From a virus (taxonomy: Duplodnaviria > Heunggongvirae > Uroviricota > Caudoviricetes): DNA of 64,000 nt. The DNA lies in IMG/VR virus record IMGVR_UViG_2506381019_000003, positions 19,119-83,118 of that record; one strand, 5' to 3'. Under the pieces are notes generated by a model. The model was not told where the DNA came from. It worked only from the letters and a program-made list of their open reading frames with translations, and searched no databases. Numbering within the stretch: position 1 is the stretch's first letter; each line of letters opens with the position of its first letter. A program made the translations under genes and the position numbers. Below, piece after piece: positions 1 through 9,800 of the stretch.

Positions 1-87
1 AGAGATCCGCGGGTCGGTTCGAGCTCGTCACCGCCACGCGGCCAGTAGGACGTGAACGCGGCAAGGAACGGATCCACGGCAACCTCC

Positions 88-2394
88 TCAGATGCGGATC
101 GGCCCGCAGCTGGCCCCGACCGGGGTCAGCCCGTACGCCGACATGGGCCGGGCCGCGCCCGGGGATGACGGGGCGGTGCTGTCCGTTCCGGGCTGCATGA
201 CGCGCAGCGTGGTCGGCTGCGCATCAAGGTCGGCGAGCATGCAGACGACAAAGTTCTGCAGGTCCGGAACGGGGGTGGCGCCCGAGTTGAACACGTTGTT
301 GTACCAGCGACCCATACCAGCCCAGGGAAGCTGCCACGTTCCCGCGGCGAACACCTTCGCACCCGATTGCAGCTGTGCGAGCTGCATATGGTGTGTGCGA
401 CTCCCGGTGCTGGTGTACGGCGGGCCGTTGGGGCCGGCGCCGGTGGTGATACTGAACGTGGTGGCCGACAGTGCCACCCGGTTCACCGGCTCGGAAACGT
501 CGAACCCGTCGAAATCGGCCTCGTACCCGATACCGCTGGTGAAGGTGGAATCCCCGGCCGCACTGTTCCGCCAGCACGGCAGCGTCTTGTACGAGCTGGG
601 CACAACCAGGTTCTGGTTCAGCGGCCCGGACGCCCCGAAATAGCCGAGAATGTCGATCATTTCGGGCAGGCGGTATGGGTTGAACGGGCTGGCCAGTCTG
701 CGGGTATCCCGCCAGATCCCCGTGTACTCGACCGGGTCGACCAGGGTGGTTCCGTCGAAGCCCGCGCTGAGGTAGCTGTCCTTGTAGCAGTACATGATCC
801 GCGGGTTGGTGTCCGAGTCGAACCGCACCCGCCAGTGCATGATGTTCGCACCGAAGACGGCCAGGTTCACCCGGGCCGCGAGAGCATTGTTCAGGCAACG
901 CCGCATTGCCAACGAGTAATACTCCTGGTGTCCGGCCATGACGATGAGCCGGCTGCCATTGAGCAGATACGGATCCGTCCCCAGATCGGTGTCGGCGTAG
1001 TATTCGAGGTCATACCCCATCGCCTCAAGGAACTGGATCAGGCCGTAGAACGAATCCATGAACCAGGTCTGTTTGCGGCCGGTGAGCGTCCCGAAAGGCC
1101 GGTTGAACGACACCGCGTAGCAGCGATGCCCGATCTGATCGTCCTGGTTAGCGCCGTACAGGCTGCGACCCGTTCCGGTGGTGGTGTCGCTGGTCGCACC
1201 GAACGGGTTGTAGGCGTGAGCCGTGGCGGCAGGCCAGATGACGGTGACTTTGCCTCGCTGCCGTTTCGCAGGCTTGACCACGAAAGGCACCTGGAAGAAC
1301 GAGCTTCCGGTGTTGAACAGCGCGACGTAGAAACCGGACTGGGCGTAGCTGGGAACCGTCCATGCCACGTTGTTCGTCCACGCGCAGGACGTGGATCCCA
1401 GCGTGCTGTGCACCGTGGGTGCCGGCTGGCTCTGCGTGGTGCAGGTCGGGGAAGCGACCAGTCGGGCGCCCATCAGGTCGGATCCCTGATGGGCGAGCCG
1501 GTAGACGTTGCAGGTGAACGCGGCCCCGCCGCTGTCGACCGCGAAGTTGATCGTGGAGCCGGCGGCGACGGAGTGCCGATCCGAGTAGCCGGCGATCACC
1601 CCTGACAGGGCGGTGGATGAGACTGTCCAGGTGGTGTAGTAGTCGCCGGCCTCCCTGTTGGCGACCACCACCGGGTTGGGGGCTGCCTGGCCGGAGATGA
1701 CGGTCGGCTGGCCGCTGGTGTCCGTGTAGTACCAGCAGGCCATATAGATGCCCAGGCCGCTGTTACCGGTGGAGCTCTCCTGCCGGTAGGTTCCGGTCGT
1801 GCCCGACCATGGCCACGCTTCCGCAGCCTTGACGTCGGCGATTCCGTGGGCGGAGTAGAACTGCCGGCCGGCGCCGGTGGCGGTGCCGACGTGCACAAGC
1901 TCCGCATGGGGGCTCATCGCCAGGGGCCGGGCGCCGGCGGTGGTCGAGTTGTCGACGACAACCGAGCCGATCATCACCGCGTCGCCGGTGAGTACCGCGC
2001 TGGCGGCGGCGGACGCCCGGCGGGTGGCCACGGTCTGGGTGATGTACGAGTTCGAGGTGACCGCGGTGGCGAACGTGACCGCGGCGGCGAACTCCAGCAC
2101 GGTGATCCGCGCGGACTGGCTCGCGGCACTGAGATGAACATTGAGAGTCGTGGTGCCGGTCGGCACCGACCCGTCGTGGCAGGACTCCTCGACGTTGCCG
2201 AGCGAACGTTCCGTGCGCTTGGTGAGCGATGTGCCGCCCGAGCTGCCGATCTGCACCGTCGCGACCGCGCCGGCGTTGACCGCGACGACCACGAACGCCC
2301 CGGCCTGGGTGGCCTGCGGCAAGGTGACAGTGACGTCGGTGACGCCGGCAGTCCCCGCGTGATACTGCGTGTACGCCGGCTGGTTGAGGCGCAT
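88..2394 (-). CDS. Tail-associated structural protein, 768 aa. The N-terminal half is Gly/Thr/Ser-rich beta-type sequence. The C-terminal approx. 330 aa tentatively resembles a class-I glutamine-amidotransferase / N,N-dimethylformamidase-beta-like fold (AGHQEYYS motif).
   Basis: Long ORF starting immediately after the stop of the tail-fibre gene, in the late operon. The composition is typical of tail or receptor-binding proteins. The C-terminal domain call rests on remembered motifs only. Confidence 0.45.
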   Translation of the reverse strand: MRLNQPAYTQYHAGTAGVTDVTVTLPQATQAGAFVVVAVNAGAVATVQIGSSGGTSLTKRTERSLGNVEESCHDGSVPTGTTTLNVHLSAASQSARITVLEFAAAVTFATAVTSNSYITQTVATRRASAAASAVLTGDAVMIGSVVVDNSTTAGARPLAMSPHAELVHVGTATGAGRQFYSAHGIADVKAAEAWPWSGTTGTYRQESSTGNSGLGIYMACWYYTDTSGQPTVISGQAAPNPVVVANREAGDYYTTWTVSSTALSGVIAGYSDRHSVAAGSTINFAVDSGGAAFTCNVYRLAHQGSDLMGARLVASPTCTTQSQPAPTVHSTLGSTSCAWTNNVAWTVPSYAQSGFYVALFNTGSSFFQVPFVVKPAKRQRGKVTVIWPAATAHAYNPFGATSDTTTGTGRSLYGANQDDQIGHRCYAVSFNRPFGTLTGRKQTWFMDSFYGLIQFLEAMGYDLEYYADTDLGTDPYLLNGSRLIVMAGHQEYYSLAMRRCLNNALAARVNLAVFGANIMHWRVRFDSDTNPRIMYCYKDSYLSAGFDGTTLVDPVEYTGIWRDTRRLASPFNPYRLPEMIDILGYFGASGPLNQNLVVPSSYKTLPCWRNSAAGDSTFTSGIGYEADFDGFDVSEPVNRVALSATTFSITTGAGPNGPPYTSTGSRTHHMQLAQLQSGAKVFAAGTWQLPWAGMGRWYNNVFNSGATPVPDLQNFVVCMLADLDAQPTTLRVMQPGTDSTAPSSPGAARPMSAYGLTPVGASCGPIRI

Positions 2395-3420
2395 TTACAC
2401 CGCCGCGGACAGCAGCAGTGAGAAGCCGAGCTCTGCGGCCACGGCGTCGCTGTCGGCCTGCACGATCGCCGGGGCGACGATCTGGCCGGCGGTGAGGGTG
2501 ACGGAGCCGGCGGCCGGCGCACCGGACACGGCGGTGACCTGCCCGACGGTGATCGTCGGCCGGTTGGCGGTGACCCCGGTGAAGATGCTGGTGCCGTTGA
2601 CGGTGATGTCACCGATGACCGAGGTTCCGGTCGGCGCGGTGACCACCCAGATCCGAACCCCGACGATCGTCCACGTCCGGGACGCGATCCAGACCCCGCC
2701 ACCCGAGAAGATCGTGACCACACCGCTGCGGGAGAACGGCACCTCGTACGGGATGGTGTGGGTGTGCGAGGTCGACGCCTTGCCGTCGAGCGCGGCCTGA
2801 ACCGCCGTGCTGATCGGCTTGTTCGCGTCGGACGTGTTGTCAACGTTGCCCAGGCCAACATCCGACTTGGACACGGCAAGATCGGCTTTGACCTGCGCGA
2901 TGCTGCGGTTCACCCACAGGCCGCTCTTGCGCTGGACAAAGTCATCGTTGTTCGGGGTGAGGCTGGCGAACGCGGTCAGGTCGTCGTCGGCCGGCTGGTA
3001 CGGGTGGCTGTGAACATCCGCCTTGCCTGCCAGCGCGGCCGTGACCGCGCTCGACGTGGGCGCGCCGATCGACGCAGGGGTGACCGGGTCGGCCCCGTTC
3101 GCGGCGTGCTGCGCGGCGTGGGCGCCGGCGGCGACGTCACCGGCGCCGGTGCCCACGTCCAAGGTGGCCGCGTCTCCCAGCGTGGCGGCCAGGGCTGCCG
3201 TCGCCGCGGCGGCGGTTCCAGCAGCGTCGAACGCGCCGGCCGGCTGTGTCGCTGCGGATCCGAGACCGAGCGTGGCCCGGACGTCGGCCGCGCCGAGGCC
3301 GGGTTCCTCCTCGTCGACGAGCAGGGCCCGGTTGGCGACCCACGCCAGTGCCTCGTGATGGTCGTCATGGCCGGATGTGAGCCCTGAGACCTCCTCCTGC
3401 ACCGGACGTGGGTCAGCCAT
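2395..3420 (-). CDS. Tail fibre-like protein with a phage tail-fibre repeat motif.
   Basis: Contains 'VSKSDVGLGNVDNTSDANKPISTAVQAALDGKASTSH', which matches the lambda Stf / T-even gp34 phage tail-fibre repeat. Ala/Gly-rich N-terminus. Sits downstream of the capsid gene. Confidence 0.55.
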   Translation of the reverse strand: MADPRPVQEEVSGLTSGHDDHHEALAWVANRALLVDEEEPGLGAADVRATLGLGSAATQPAGAFDAAGTAAAATAALAATLGDAATLDVGTGAGDVAAGAHAAQHAANGADPVTPASIGAPTSSAVTAALAGKADVHSHPYQPADDDLTAFASLTPNNDDFVQRKSGLWVNRSIAQVKADLAVSKSDVGLGNVDNTSDANKPISTAVQAALDGKASTSHTHTIPYEVPFSRSGVVTIFSGGGVWIASRTWTIVGVRIWVVTAPTGTSVIGDITVNGTSIFTGVTANRPTITVGQVTAVSGAPAAGSVTLTAGQIVAPAIVQADSDAVAAELGFSLLLSAAV

Positions 3421-3423
3421 CGG

Positions 3424-3762
3424 TCAGCCCCCGAATCGCTCGATCAGGTCGGCCTTCGTCATCGCGTCGGCCTCGTCGACGGAGATGCCGGTCGTGCGCA
3501 CCGCGAACCCGACCCAGTCGGCCTTCGTGGCGTTGCGGTGCGGCGGGAGCTCCCGCGTCAGCGGCGCGGGTGGCCCCGGGGTCGCGTCCGCCTCGTCATC
3601 CGCCTCCGGCGGGCGGTACCAGGACGCCGGGCCCGGCTGGGATGCCTGCCGGACCAGGCCCTTCGCCATCTGGTAGGCGAGGACCTCGGTCAGCGGCCAG
3701 TCGTGCTCGTGCGTGCGCCCGCCGTACTCCAGGAAGACGGTCTGCGGTGTCCGGTCGGCCAT
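3424..3762 (-). CDS. Small structural-module protein, 112 aa, with a C-terminal HeH-like motif ('ISVDEADAMTKADLIERF').
   Basis: ORF in the late operon between the capsid and tail-fibre genes. Confidence 0.4.
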   Translation of the reverse strand: MADRTPQTVFLEYGGRTHEHDWPLTEVLAYQMAKGLVRQASQPGPASWYRPPEADDEADATPGPPAPLTRELPPHRNATKADWVGFAVRTTGISVDEADAMTKADLIERFGG

Positions 3763-3765
3763 GAG

Positions 3766-4134
3766 TCAGGCCGCCTTCGGGAGCCGGAACGCGGTGATGG
3801 TCCCGGCGTGGGACGTCTCCACGTCGATCCACATCGTTCCGTCGGACCGCAGGAATCGGCCGCTCTCGAACGGGCCAATGAACTGCACACCCGTGGTGGC
3901 CGCGATGGAGACGGTGAGGTCGCCGAGACCCTTCGCCCACGCGGGCGGGTAGGTCCCAGCCTTGATGGTGAGGGTGTGCGCGGACCCGTCCGTGTTCGTG
4001 ACCCGCAGGAGGGTGTATTCCGGATCCGCCGCGTTGATCACGTGGTCGTTCGTCGCGTCGAGCGCGGTGCCCGCGGGCTGCGCGAGGTTTCCGTTCGACA
4101 CAAGGTTGCTGTAGGCCACAGCAGTACGAGCCAT
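3766..4134 (-). CDS. Hypothetical virion protein, 122 aa; possibly a head-tail connector.
   Basis: GGAG ribosome-binding site about 10 nt upstream of the ATG. Directly follows the capsid terminator hairpin. Confidence 0.45.
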   Translation of the reverse strand: MARTAVAYSNLVSNGNLAQPAGTALDATNDHVINAADPEYTLLRVTNTDGSAHTLTIKAGTYPPAWAKGLGDLTVSIAATTGVQFIGPFESGRFLRSDGTMWIDVETSHAGTITAFRLPKAA

Positions 4135-4174
4135 GAAAAGCTCCAGGAGAGAAAGAGGCTGAAGAGCGGCAAGC

Positions 4175-4201
4175 GGGCCGGAGAAGCGACTCCTCCGGCC
4201 C
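4175..4201 (-). terminator. GC-rich hairpin (9-bp stem GGGCCGGAG / CTCCGGCCC) immediately downstream of the major capsid gene; attenuator or terminator.
   Basis: Inverted repeat in the 88-bp gap after the capsid stop codon. Capsid genes commonly end with a partial terminator. There is no U-tract, as is usual in actinobacteria. Confidence 0.4.
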
Positions 4202-4222
4202 GCCAGGGAATGCGGAGAGAAA

Positions 4223-5056
4223 TCAGGTCTGCGACGCGATTACCGTCGCGAGACCCTCCGGACGCAGCACCTTCGCGCCGTACACGGCGAGGCCACGCAT
4301 CCAGTCCCCGAAACGCTTCTCGGACCGCCCCGCCTCGGTCTTCATCATCTGCTGCGCGAACGTCATCGCCCGGTTCGTGCCGGCGATCACGGCGTAGTCG
4401 TCGCCCGTCACCAGCGGCACGTTGTTGCTCATCCGAATGTCGAATCCCAGCGCCCGCCCGACACGGCCGTTGTAAAGCGGCTCGGTCGAGTTCGAGTTCT
4501 GGTAGTTGACGAACTTCGAGTTTTCGAGAAGCAGGGAGTGGTACCACGGCGGGACAACCACCCACCGGCCCGCAGTGGGGATGTTCGCCTCGTCCAGCTT
4601 CAGGCTGAGCAGCCGCAGCTGGGTGTACGCCAGGTCGGCGGTGGTGACGGAGACCGTACCGAGCTGGTTGGCGGTGTTGACCTGCGTGTACAGCCCGGCG
4701 ACGAACTGGTCGACGGTGTCCGCGAGGGCGTAAGAAGCCTCCGCCATCGCCTCCGAAACCACGCTGGCGCGGGCCTGGGCCGCATCGACGTCGTCGATGG
4801 TGAAACCCCAGTACTTTTCCTGGTCGACCACCAGCGTCCTTTGCGCGTCGGTCAGCTCCTCGTAGCTGATATCCGTGTTGCGCGCGTAGGTGCTGATCGA
4901 CGGCCGGGAAATCGAGGTGATACGCACGGTGTCACCCGCGGCGCGAATCTCACCCTCGTAATCCCGGTTACACAGCTCGGCGTAGACCAGGTTCTTCTTG
5001 ATGGATTCGAGGAGAGCCGCAACCCAGATCTGCGGCTTGAAACGCACAATCGCCAT
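4223..5056 (-). CDS. Major capsid protein.
   Basis: 277 aa. Position right after the scaffold gene. Sequence character matches actinophage major capsid proteins ('IWVAALLESIKKNLVYAEL ... GRWVVVPPWYHSLL'). Confidence 0.7.
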   Translation of the reverse strand: MAIVRFKPQIWVAALLESIKKNLVYAELCNRDYEGEIRAAGDTVRITSISRPSISTYARNTDISYEELTDAQRTLVVDQEKYWGFTIDDVDAAQARASVVSEAMAEASYALADTVDQFVAGLYTQVNTANQLGTVSVTTADLAYTQLRLLSLKLDEANIPTAGRWVVVPPWYHSLLLENSKFVNYQNSNSTEPLYNGRVGRALGFDIRMSNNVPLVTGDDYAVIAGTNRAMTFAQQMMKTEAGRSEKRFGDWMRGLAVYGAKVLRPEGLATVIASQT

Positions 5057-5096
5057 TGGCGGTTTTCCATTTCAGGCGGGAAAGGCGCCCGGGGTG

Positions 5097-6044
5097 TTAC
5101 AGGAGATGGTCCAACTCGCCGTTCAGGCGAGCGGTGTTGATCTCCTCCGGGCTCATGTGGTCGAGATCCGCCTCAGTGATCAGCTGCGGGTTGCCGGCGC
5201 CGCCGGGCATATCCGCGCTGGACCGGGCGGGGACCGGAGCGGGCGCCTGGCCCTGTCCTGCCGGTGAGAGTGCGAAGCGCGGGTTCTCGTCGAGGAAGTC
5301 GGCGACCAGGTCGTTGACCTTCTCGGCGAAGTCCTCGCTGAACGGGTCGAGCTTGTCGAGCTTCGCGGTGAACTTGCCGCTGTCGAGCAGGCCGTCGACG
5401 TCCGCACCCGCGCGGAACGCGGCACGCCCTGCATGCCGCTCCAGGTGGGACTGCCGGGCCTCATCCGCCGCGGTACCGAGGATCTCGGTCACCGAGTCGG
5501 GGGTGATGTCGGTCGGGTCCAGGTCGAGCGCCTCGGCCATGGTGGAAACGAGGGCGTCGTACCGGTCGGATGCGTCGCGGGCGCGTACGCGATGGCCGGC
5601 GTTCTCGTCGCGGAGCCGACCGACCAGGTTCTGTACGGAGCGGGGTAGCGGCTCCCGGCCGCCGTCGTCGCCGTCGAGCCCGTCGGTGTCGTAGTCGTCG
5701 CGGGCCCGTCCGCGAGAGCGGGCACGCTGGCGCGGCGCGGGATCGCTGTCCCAGCCGTCGCCGTCGTCGTCCTGCGGCGCGGGCCTGCGTGCAGGCATGT
5801 CCGCCGGGCTCGGCCGGCGTGCCGGGGCAGGCTGGGTGAACTGGGGGGCGGCCGGCACCTGGCCGGCGTAGGGGTCCGCCCATCCGGCCGGCACCTGCGG
5901 TGCGGACGGAGCGGCGGGAATGTTCTGCGCGGGGGCAATCACCACCTGACCCGGCTGGTCAGCCGGGGCGGTCGGCGGGGTCGTGGGCGGGACGGGAGTG
6001 GTCACAAAGCCCTCCTGGGGCTGGACATGAGAAAAGCCCGGCAC
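5097..6044 (-). CDS. Scaffolding protein.
   Basis: Pro/Ala-rich low-complexity N-terminus, then an acidic helical C-terminal half. Lies immediately upstream of the capsid gene. Confidence 0.55.
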   Translation of the reverse strand: MPGFSHVQPQEGFVTTPVPPTTPPTAPADQPGQVVIAPAQNIPAAPSAPQVPAGWADPYAGQVPAAPQFTQPAPARRPSPADMPARRPAPQDDDGDGWDSDPAPRQRARSRGRARDDYDTDGLDGDDGGREPLPRSVQNLVGRLRDENAGHRVRARDASDRYDALVSTMAEALDLDPTDITPDSVTEILGTAADEARQSHLERHAGRAAFRAGADVDGLLDSGKFTAKLDKLDPFSEDFAEKVNDLVADFLDENPRFALSPAGQGQAPAPVPARSSADMPGGAGNPQLITEADLDHMSPEEINTARLNGELDHLL

Positions 6045-6091
6045 CAGGCCGGGCCTTGAAAGCGGATTGGAAAGTGACGGGCAGGCTTGAC

Positions 6092-6463
6092 TCAGCTCGC
6101 GGGGGCTGGGCGCCTGCGAGGCGGCGGGTTACGCCGCACCGGGGGCCGCGGTGGGCGGTTCTCTGCCCGGTCCTCCCGTTCCCGCCGGCGCAGCTCATCG
6201 ACGCGGGACTCGCGGAGCCGGGCCAGCTGGCCGGCACGGTGCACGACCCGGTCTGTGCGGGTGGTCCGGTTCCGCCGCTGCCCGCTGGGGCTGGTGGACT
6301 GTCGGGCCTCGCGTCGCTCCGCACCCCGGACTTCCTTGTAGGTGGTGCTGGCGCGGCGTACCGACGCGGCGCCAGCACCTTGCCGGCCGTGGGTGCGGTA
6401 ATACTCGGTCAGCCCGCGGGCGATCGCCGCGCGGGTAGCCGGGGAGATGAAACGACGGGCCAT
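6092..6463 (-). CDS. Arg-rich basic hypothetical protein, 123 aa.
   Basis: ORF in the head module. Highly basic, so possibly DNA-binding. Confidence 0.35.
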   Translation of the reverse strand: MARRFISPATRAAIARGLTEYYRTHGRQGAGAASVRRASTTYKEVRGAERREARQSTSPSGQRRNRTTRTDRVVHRAGQLARLRESRVDELRRREREDRAENRPPRPPVRRNPPPRRRPAPAS

Positions 6464-6476
6464 TGCTGGCGCCCTT

Positions 6477-6821
6477 TCAGTGAAATAGGCGGCGCAGCTC
6501 GCCAGCGATGATTGCCGTAAGGGTCATCGGCTCGGCGACGCTGGTGATGTATTTCGCGGTGCGGCCTGGCGCATGGTGGAAATCAAGCCGCTCGTGCTGC
6601 ACCATGCCGTACGGGGTGCCGTACACGATGGATGCGGAACCGCCGTCCAGCTCGACCTTCCCGGACCTTTGAAGGGTGCCCTCGTCGAGCGGGACCACGG
6701 CCTGTGTGCGTGCGAACCAGGAATAGGCGGCCCGTTTGACCGCCTGGCGGCGGACCATCGGCACCCGGCTGATGATCCGGTTTCCGGTCCACTCGGAACG
6801 GACCCTCACCCCGCCAGACAT
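6477..6821 (-). CDS. Small virion morphogenesis protein, 114 aa; possibly HK97 gp10-like.
   Basis: 'VPLDEGTLQRSGKVE ... GTPYGMVQHERLDFHHAPGRTAKYI' resembles the gp10 family. The location in the head module is atypical for that family, so the assignment is weak. Confidence 0.35.
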   Translation of the reverse strand: MSGGVRVRSEWTGNRIISRVPMVRRQAVKRAAYSWFARTQAVVPLDEGTLQRSGKVELDGGSASIVYGTPYGMVQHERLDFHHAPGRTAKYITSVAEPMTLTAIIAGELRRLFH

Positions 6822-6836
6822 CGGCTACCCCCCGGG

Positions 6837-9800
6837 TCAGCTGCGCGCGTCGGCGATGAGCCGGCCGATCAGATCCGCCTTCGACATGGCCGACCATGCG
6901 GGGACACCGCGGCGCATTCCGACCGCCCGAACCTGCGCGGTGGACATGCCGTTGAGGGTGCGACGGGCCTTCGCCCCGCCCTGGGCGAGTTCCCGGGTGG
7001 CGGAGATGACGGCCGGGGATGCGGCCTCCTGGTAGGCGGCCGACTCGGCCTTGCCGGACCAGCGGGCGCCCTGCTGCCTGCTGGCCATCTCTGCGACCAG
7101 CTCGCCGTGCCGCATCGTGTCCCAGCCGGTGATCCGCGGGTTCTCCATCCGGCCGGCGGCCACCCGAAGCCGGGCCGGGTCGCTGTCCGCAAGGGCGATG
7201 ACAGTGCTGTCCCGCCTGCCCTCGGCCGGCGTAGCCAGCATGCTGGTGATCCGGTCGACGTCCGCCCGCGCGTTGGGCCCGAACGCCGCGTAACGGCGGT
7301 CCGCGTCCTCACGTGACCCGGGTACCGCGGGCATCACATGCAAGTCTGGATGGTCTGCGGGCAGGGTGTCGCGGGTGATCGTGTCGACGATCTGCCTGCG
7401 GGTCGGGTTCTTCTCCGGGAGACCGTCACGGCCAGGAACCCGGATATTCTTGCGCCACACGAAATCCTTGAGTTCCCACTCGCTCAGTTCCCCGAGGGCT
7501 TTTTCGATGCCGGCACGGTCCGTCGCCGCGTCGATCCCGGCTTTCACCCGGGCCTGAGCCCGCATCTGCGCCTCATGGCGGACCATGCCCTCCCGGTGGG
7601 AGATCAGCGCGGCGGCGAGGTCCTCCCGAGGGCCCACGCGGAGCATCTTCGCCTTGGCAAGCTCCCGAAGATCCGCGTCGGAGACCCCTCGTAGAGCTTC
7701 CCGCATCTCGGGTGCGGTGCGGGCCCCGTCCAGCCGGGCACCGGCGTCCTTCGCGCGTGCGGCGCGTTTCTCGGCCGCCGCCGCTTCCTGCGCGGCCTTC
7801 TCCTTGCGCTTGGCTGCGAGTGGCCCGCCGTCGAAGCGGGTGTTCGACCCAGTGTCGATCTTGTACTTCTTCGCGACGATCTCGTGTGCCCGCTGGTTGA
7901 TGTAGGCGTCCCGCCCGCCGGCCGCGTCGATCGTCGCGGACTGCTCGGGAGTGAGGTCTTCCGCGTTGGCTATCTCCCGGGCGAGGCGGGCCCGGTTCTC
8001 CCGGTACTCCCTCTTTGCCGCGTCGGAGGGTTCCTTCGCCTTCTTCTGCCTGGCAAGGATCGGAAGGTTCGCGGCGATCGCACGGTCCTGCGCCCGCTGC
8101 CGGCTACCCGCGGTCTTCTCGTTCACGGCCAGGTCGGCGAACATGTCGGCCTGGCCGTCGATGTGATCGGAGGCCTCCCACAGGTCGCTGAGCTTGTACT
8201 GCTCGACAAGGAAGTCACGGGTGTTGCCGCCACGCTGGTAGATCCCGACGGTGACCCATCCGGCGTCCGGCGTCCCGAAGACTCGTCCGGGCCCGTCGGG
8301 GGTTTCGACCATGCCGGCACGGTCACTGATGCGCCGCAGGTCGGCGGCGGTCAATGTCGGTGTGCCGGATGGTCGGGTCTGCGGCTGCCGGGCCGGTAGC
8401 GCACCGGTCGGCGTGTCACCTGCTGGCGGGGCCGGGTCGACACGGACAGGCTTCTGCGGAGTGGGCCGGGTGACCTGGTTTCCGCCCGAGGTCTGGCGGC
8501 CGTCACGGCGGGTCGCGGACGGCGCGGCGTTCCGCGTCGGGGTCTTGCGTGGCGTCTCAGCGGCGAACGCCCGCCCGCGGGGGGTGAGCTGTCCCGCATC
8601 GTCGATCAGTCCGAGCTCACGCGCGCGGGTGAGCGTCGCCGGGCGTGCGGACACGGCCGGGTTCGCGCTCTTGCGCTTCAGGTACCCGGCGACGGTCTTT
8701 TCTGCCTGCCGGAACGCCCGAATCTCGTCCGCTGTCGGAGCCGGGGTGTCGGCATGGTTGTCCGTACCCGGGCCGACGACTGGGGTGGGGCGGGGCGGGG
8801 TCGGGTCGGAGACGTCCCGCTCGTGCCGGGTCGGCTTCGGCTCAGGCGTGGCGGTGCCGCGGCCGGCGAGCCTGGCGCGCTGCTTCCGCTCGGCATCCCG
8901 GTCGAATCCCAGATCGCCGTCGCCGACCTCGTGCATTGCGTCGCGGCGGAACCTCGGGCCCAGGGTGACGTTGACGAGCCCCTCGACCATCCGGGCCTTG
9001 TTGCCGGCGGGCAGCGAGATGTTGTGTTCCTTCGCGAACGCCCGCAGGTCTGCGACCTTGACGTCGCCGAGCATCTCCTCCGCAGCCTGCCGGTTGGAGG
9101 CTGCGTGCAGCTCGTCCATGGTCGGCATCGGCCGGGTACCCCGCGCGGTGCGGGCACGGGCGGGCTTGGGCGGGGTGGGCGGTTCGGGGCGGGCCGGGCC
9201 GGCACCGAGCTCCGTACCCTGGCGCAACGCCCGTTCCCGCTGTGCGCGGGCATGGTCGGCGTTGTACCCGAGATCGCCGTCGCCAGCTTCGGTCATCGCC
9301 CTGGTCCGAATCTGGGCGGCGAGTGCCTGACGGGCCAGACTCCCGGCCATCTCCGCCTTGGTGCCCCGGCCCGCGGTCAGTCCGTTGGCCTTCGCCCACT
9401 CGCGGAGCTCGCCGGCCTTCATGGTGGCGAGCAGCGCCGCGGCGGCGTCCGGGTCACCGGTCGCCTTCACCGCGTCGAGCGTCAGCGCCCCACCCGGCGC
9501 CGGCGTGGGCGTAGGGGTGGACTTTTCGGCGCCGGCGCGGGCGGCGGCACGCTTCGCCTGAGACCGCTCGTACGCGGCCCGGGTGTGCCGGCCACCGAGG
9601 TTTGTATCCGCGGTGATGTTGTTCTCGGCCGCGTAGTCGCCCGTGCGGATCTGCGCGGCGAGCTCGTCCCATGCCGCCCGGTCGTCCGGGTGCGCGTTGC
9701 TCTCGGCAATCGACGCTTCCATGCGGTCACGGGACGCGTGGTGATCCGCGGCGTTGGCGCGGGCGTTCGCCAGCTCGTGGGGGTCGGCGTCGGGCTGACG

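Noticed and set aside
1974-2879. 301-aa Pro/Arg/Ser-rich ORF overlapping the tail-fibre and 768-aa genes.
   Set aside because: Composition typical of an off-frame translation of high-GC DNA. It lies antisense to, or out of frame with, well-supported genes.
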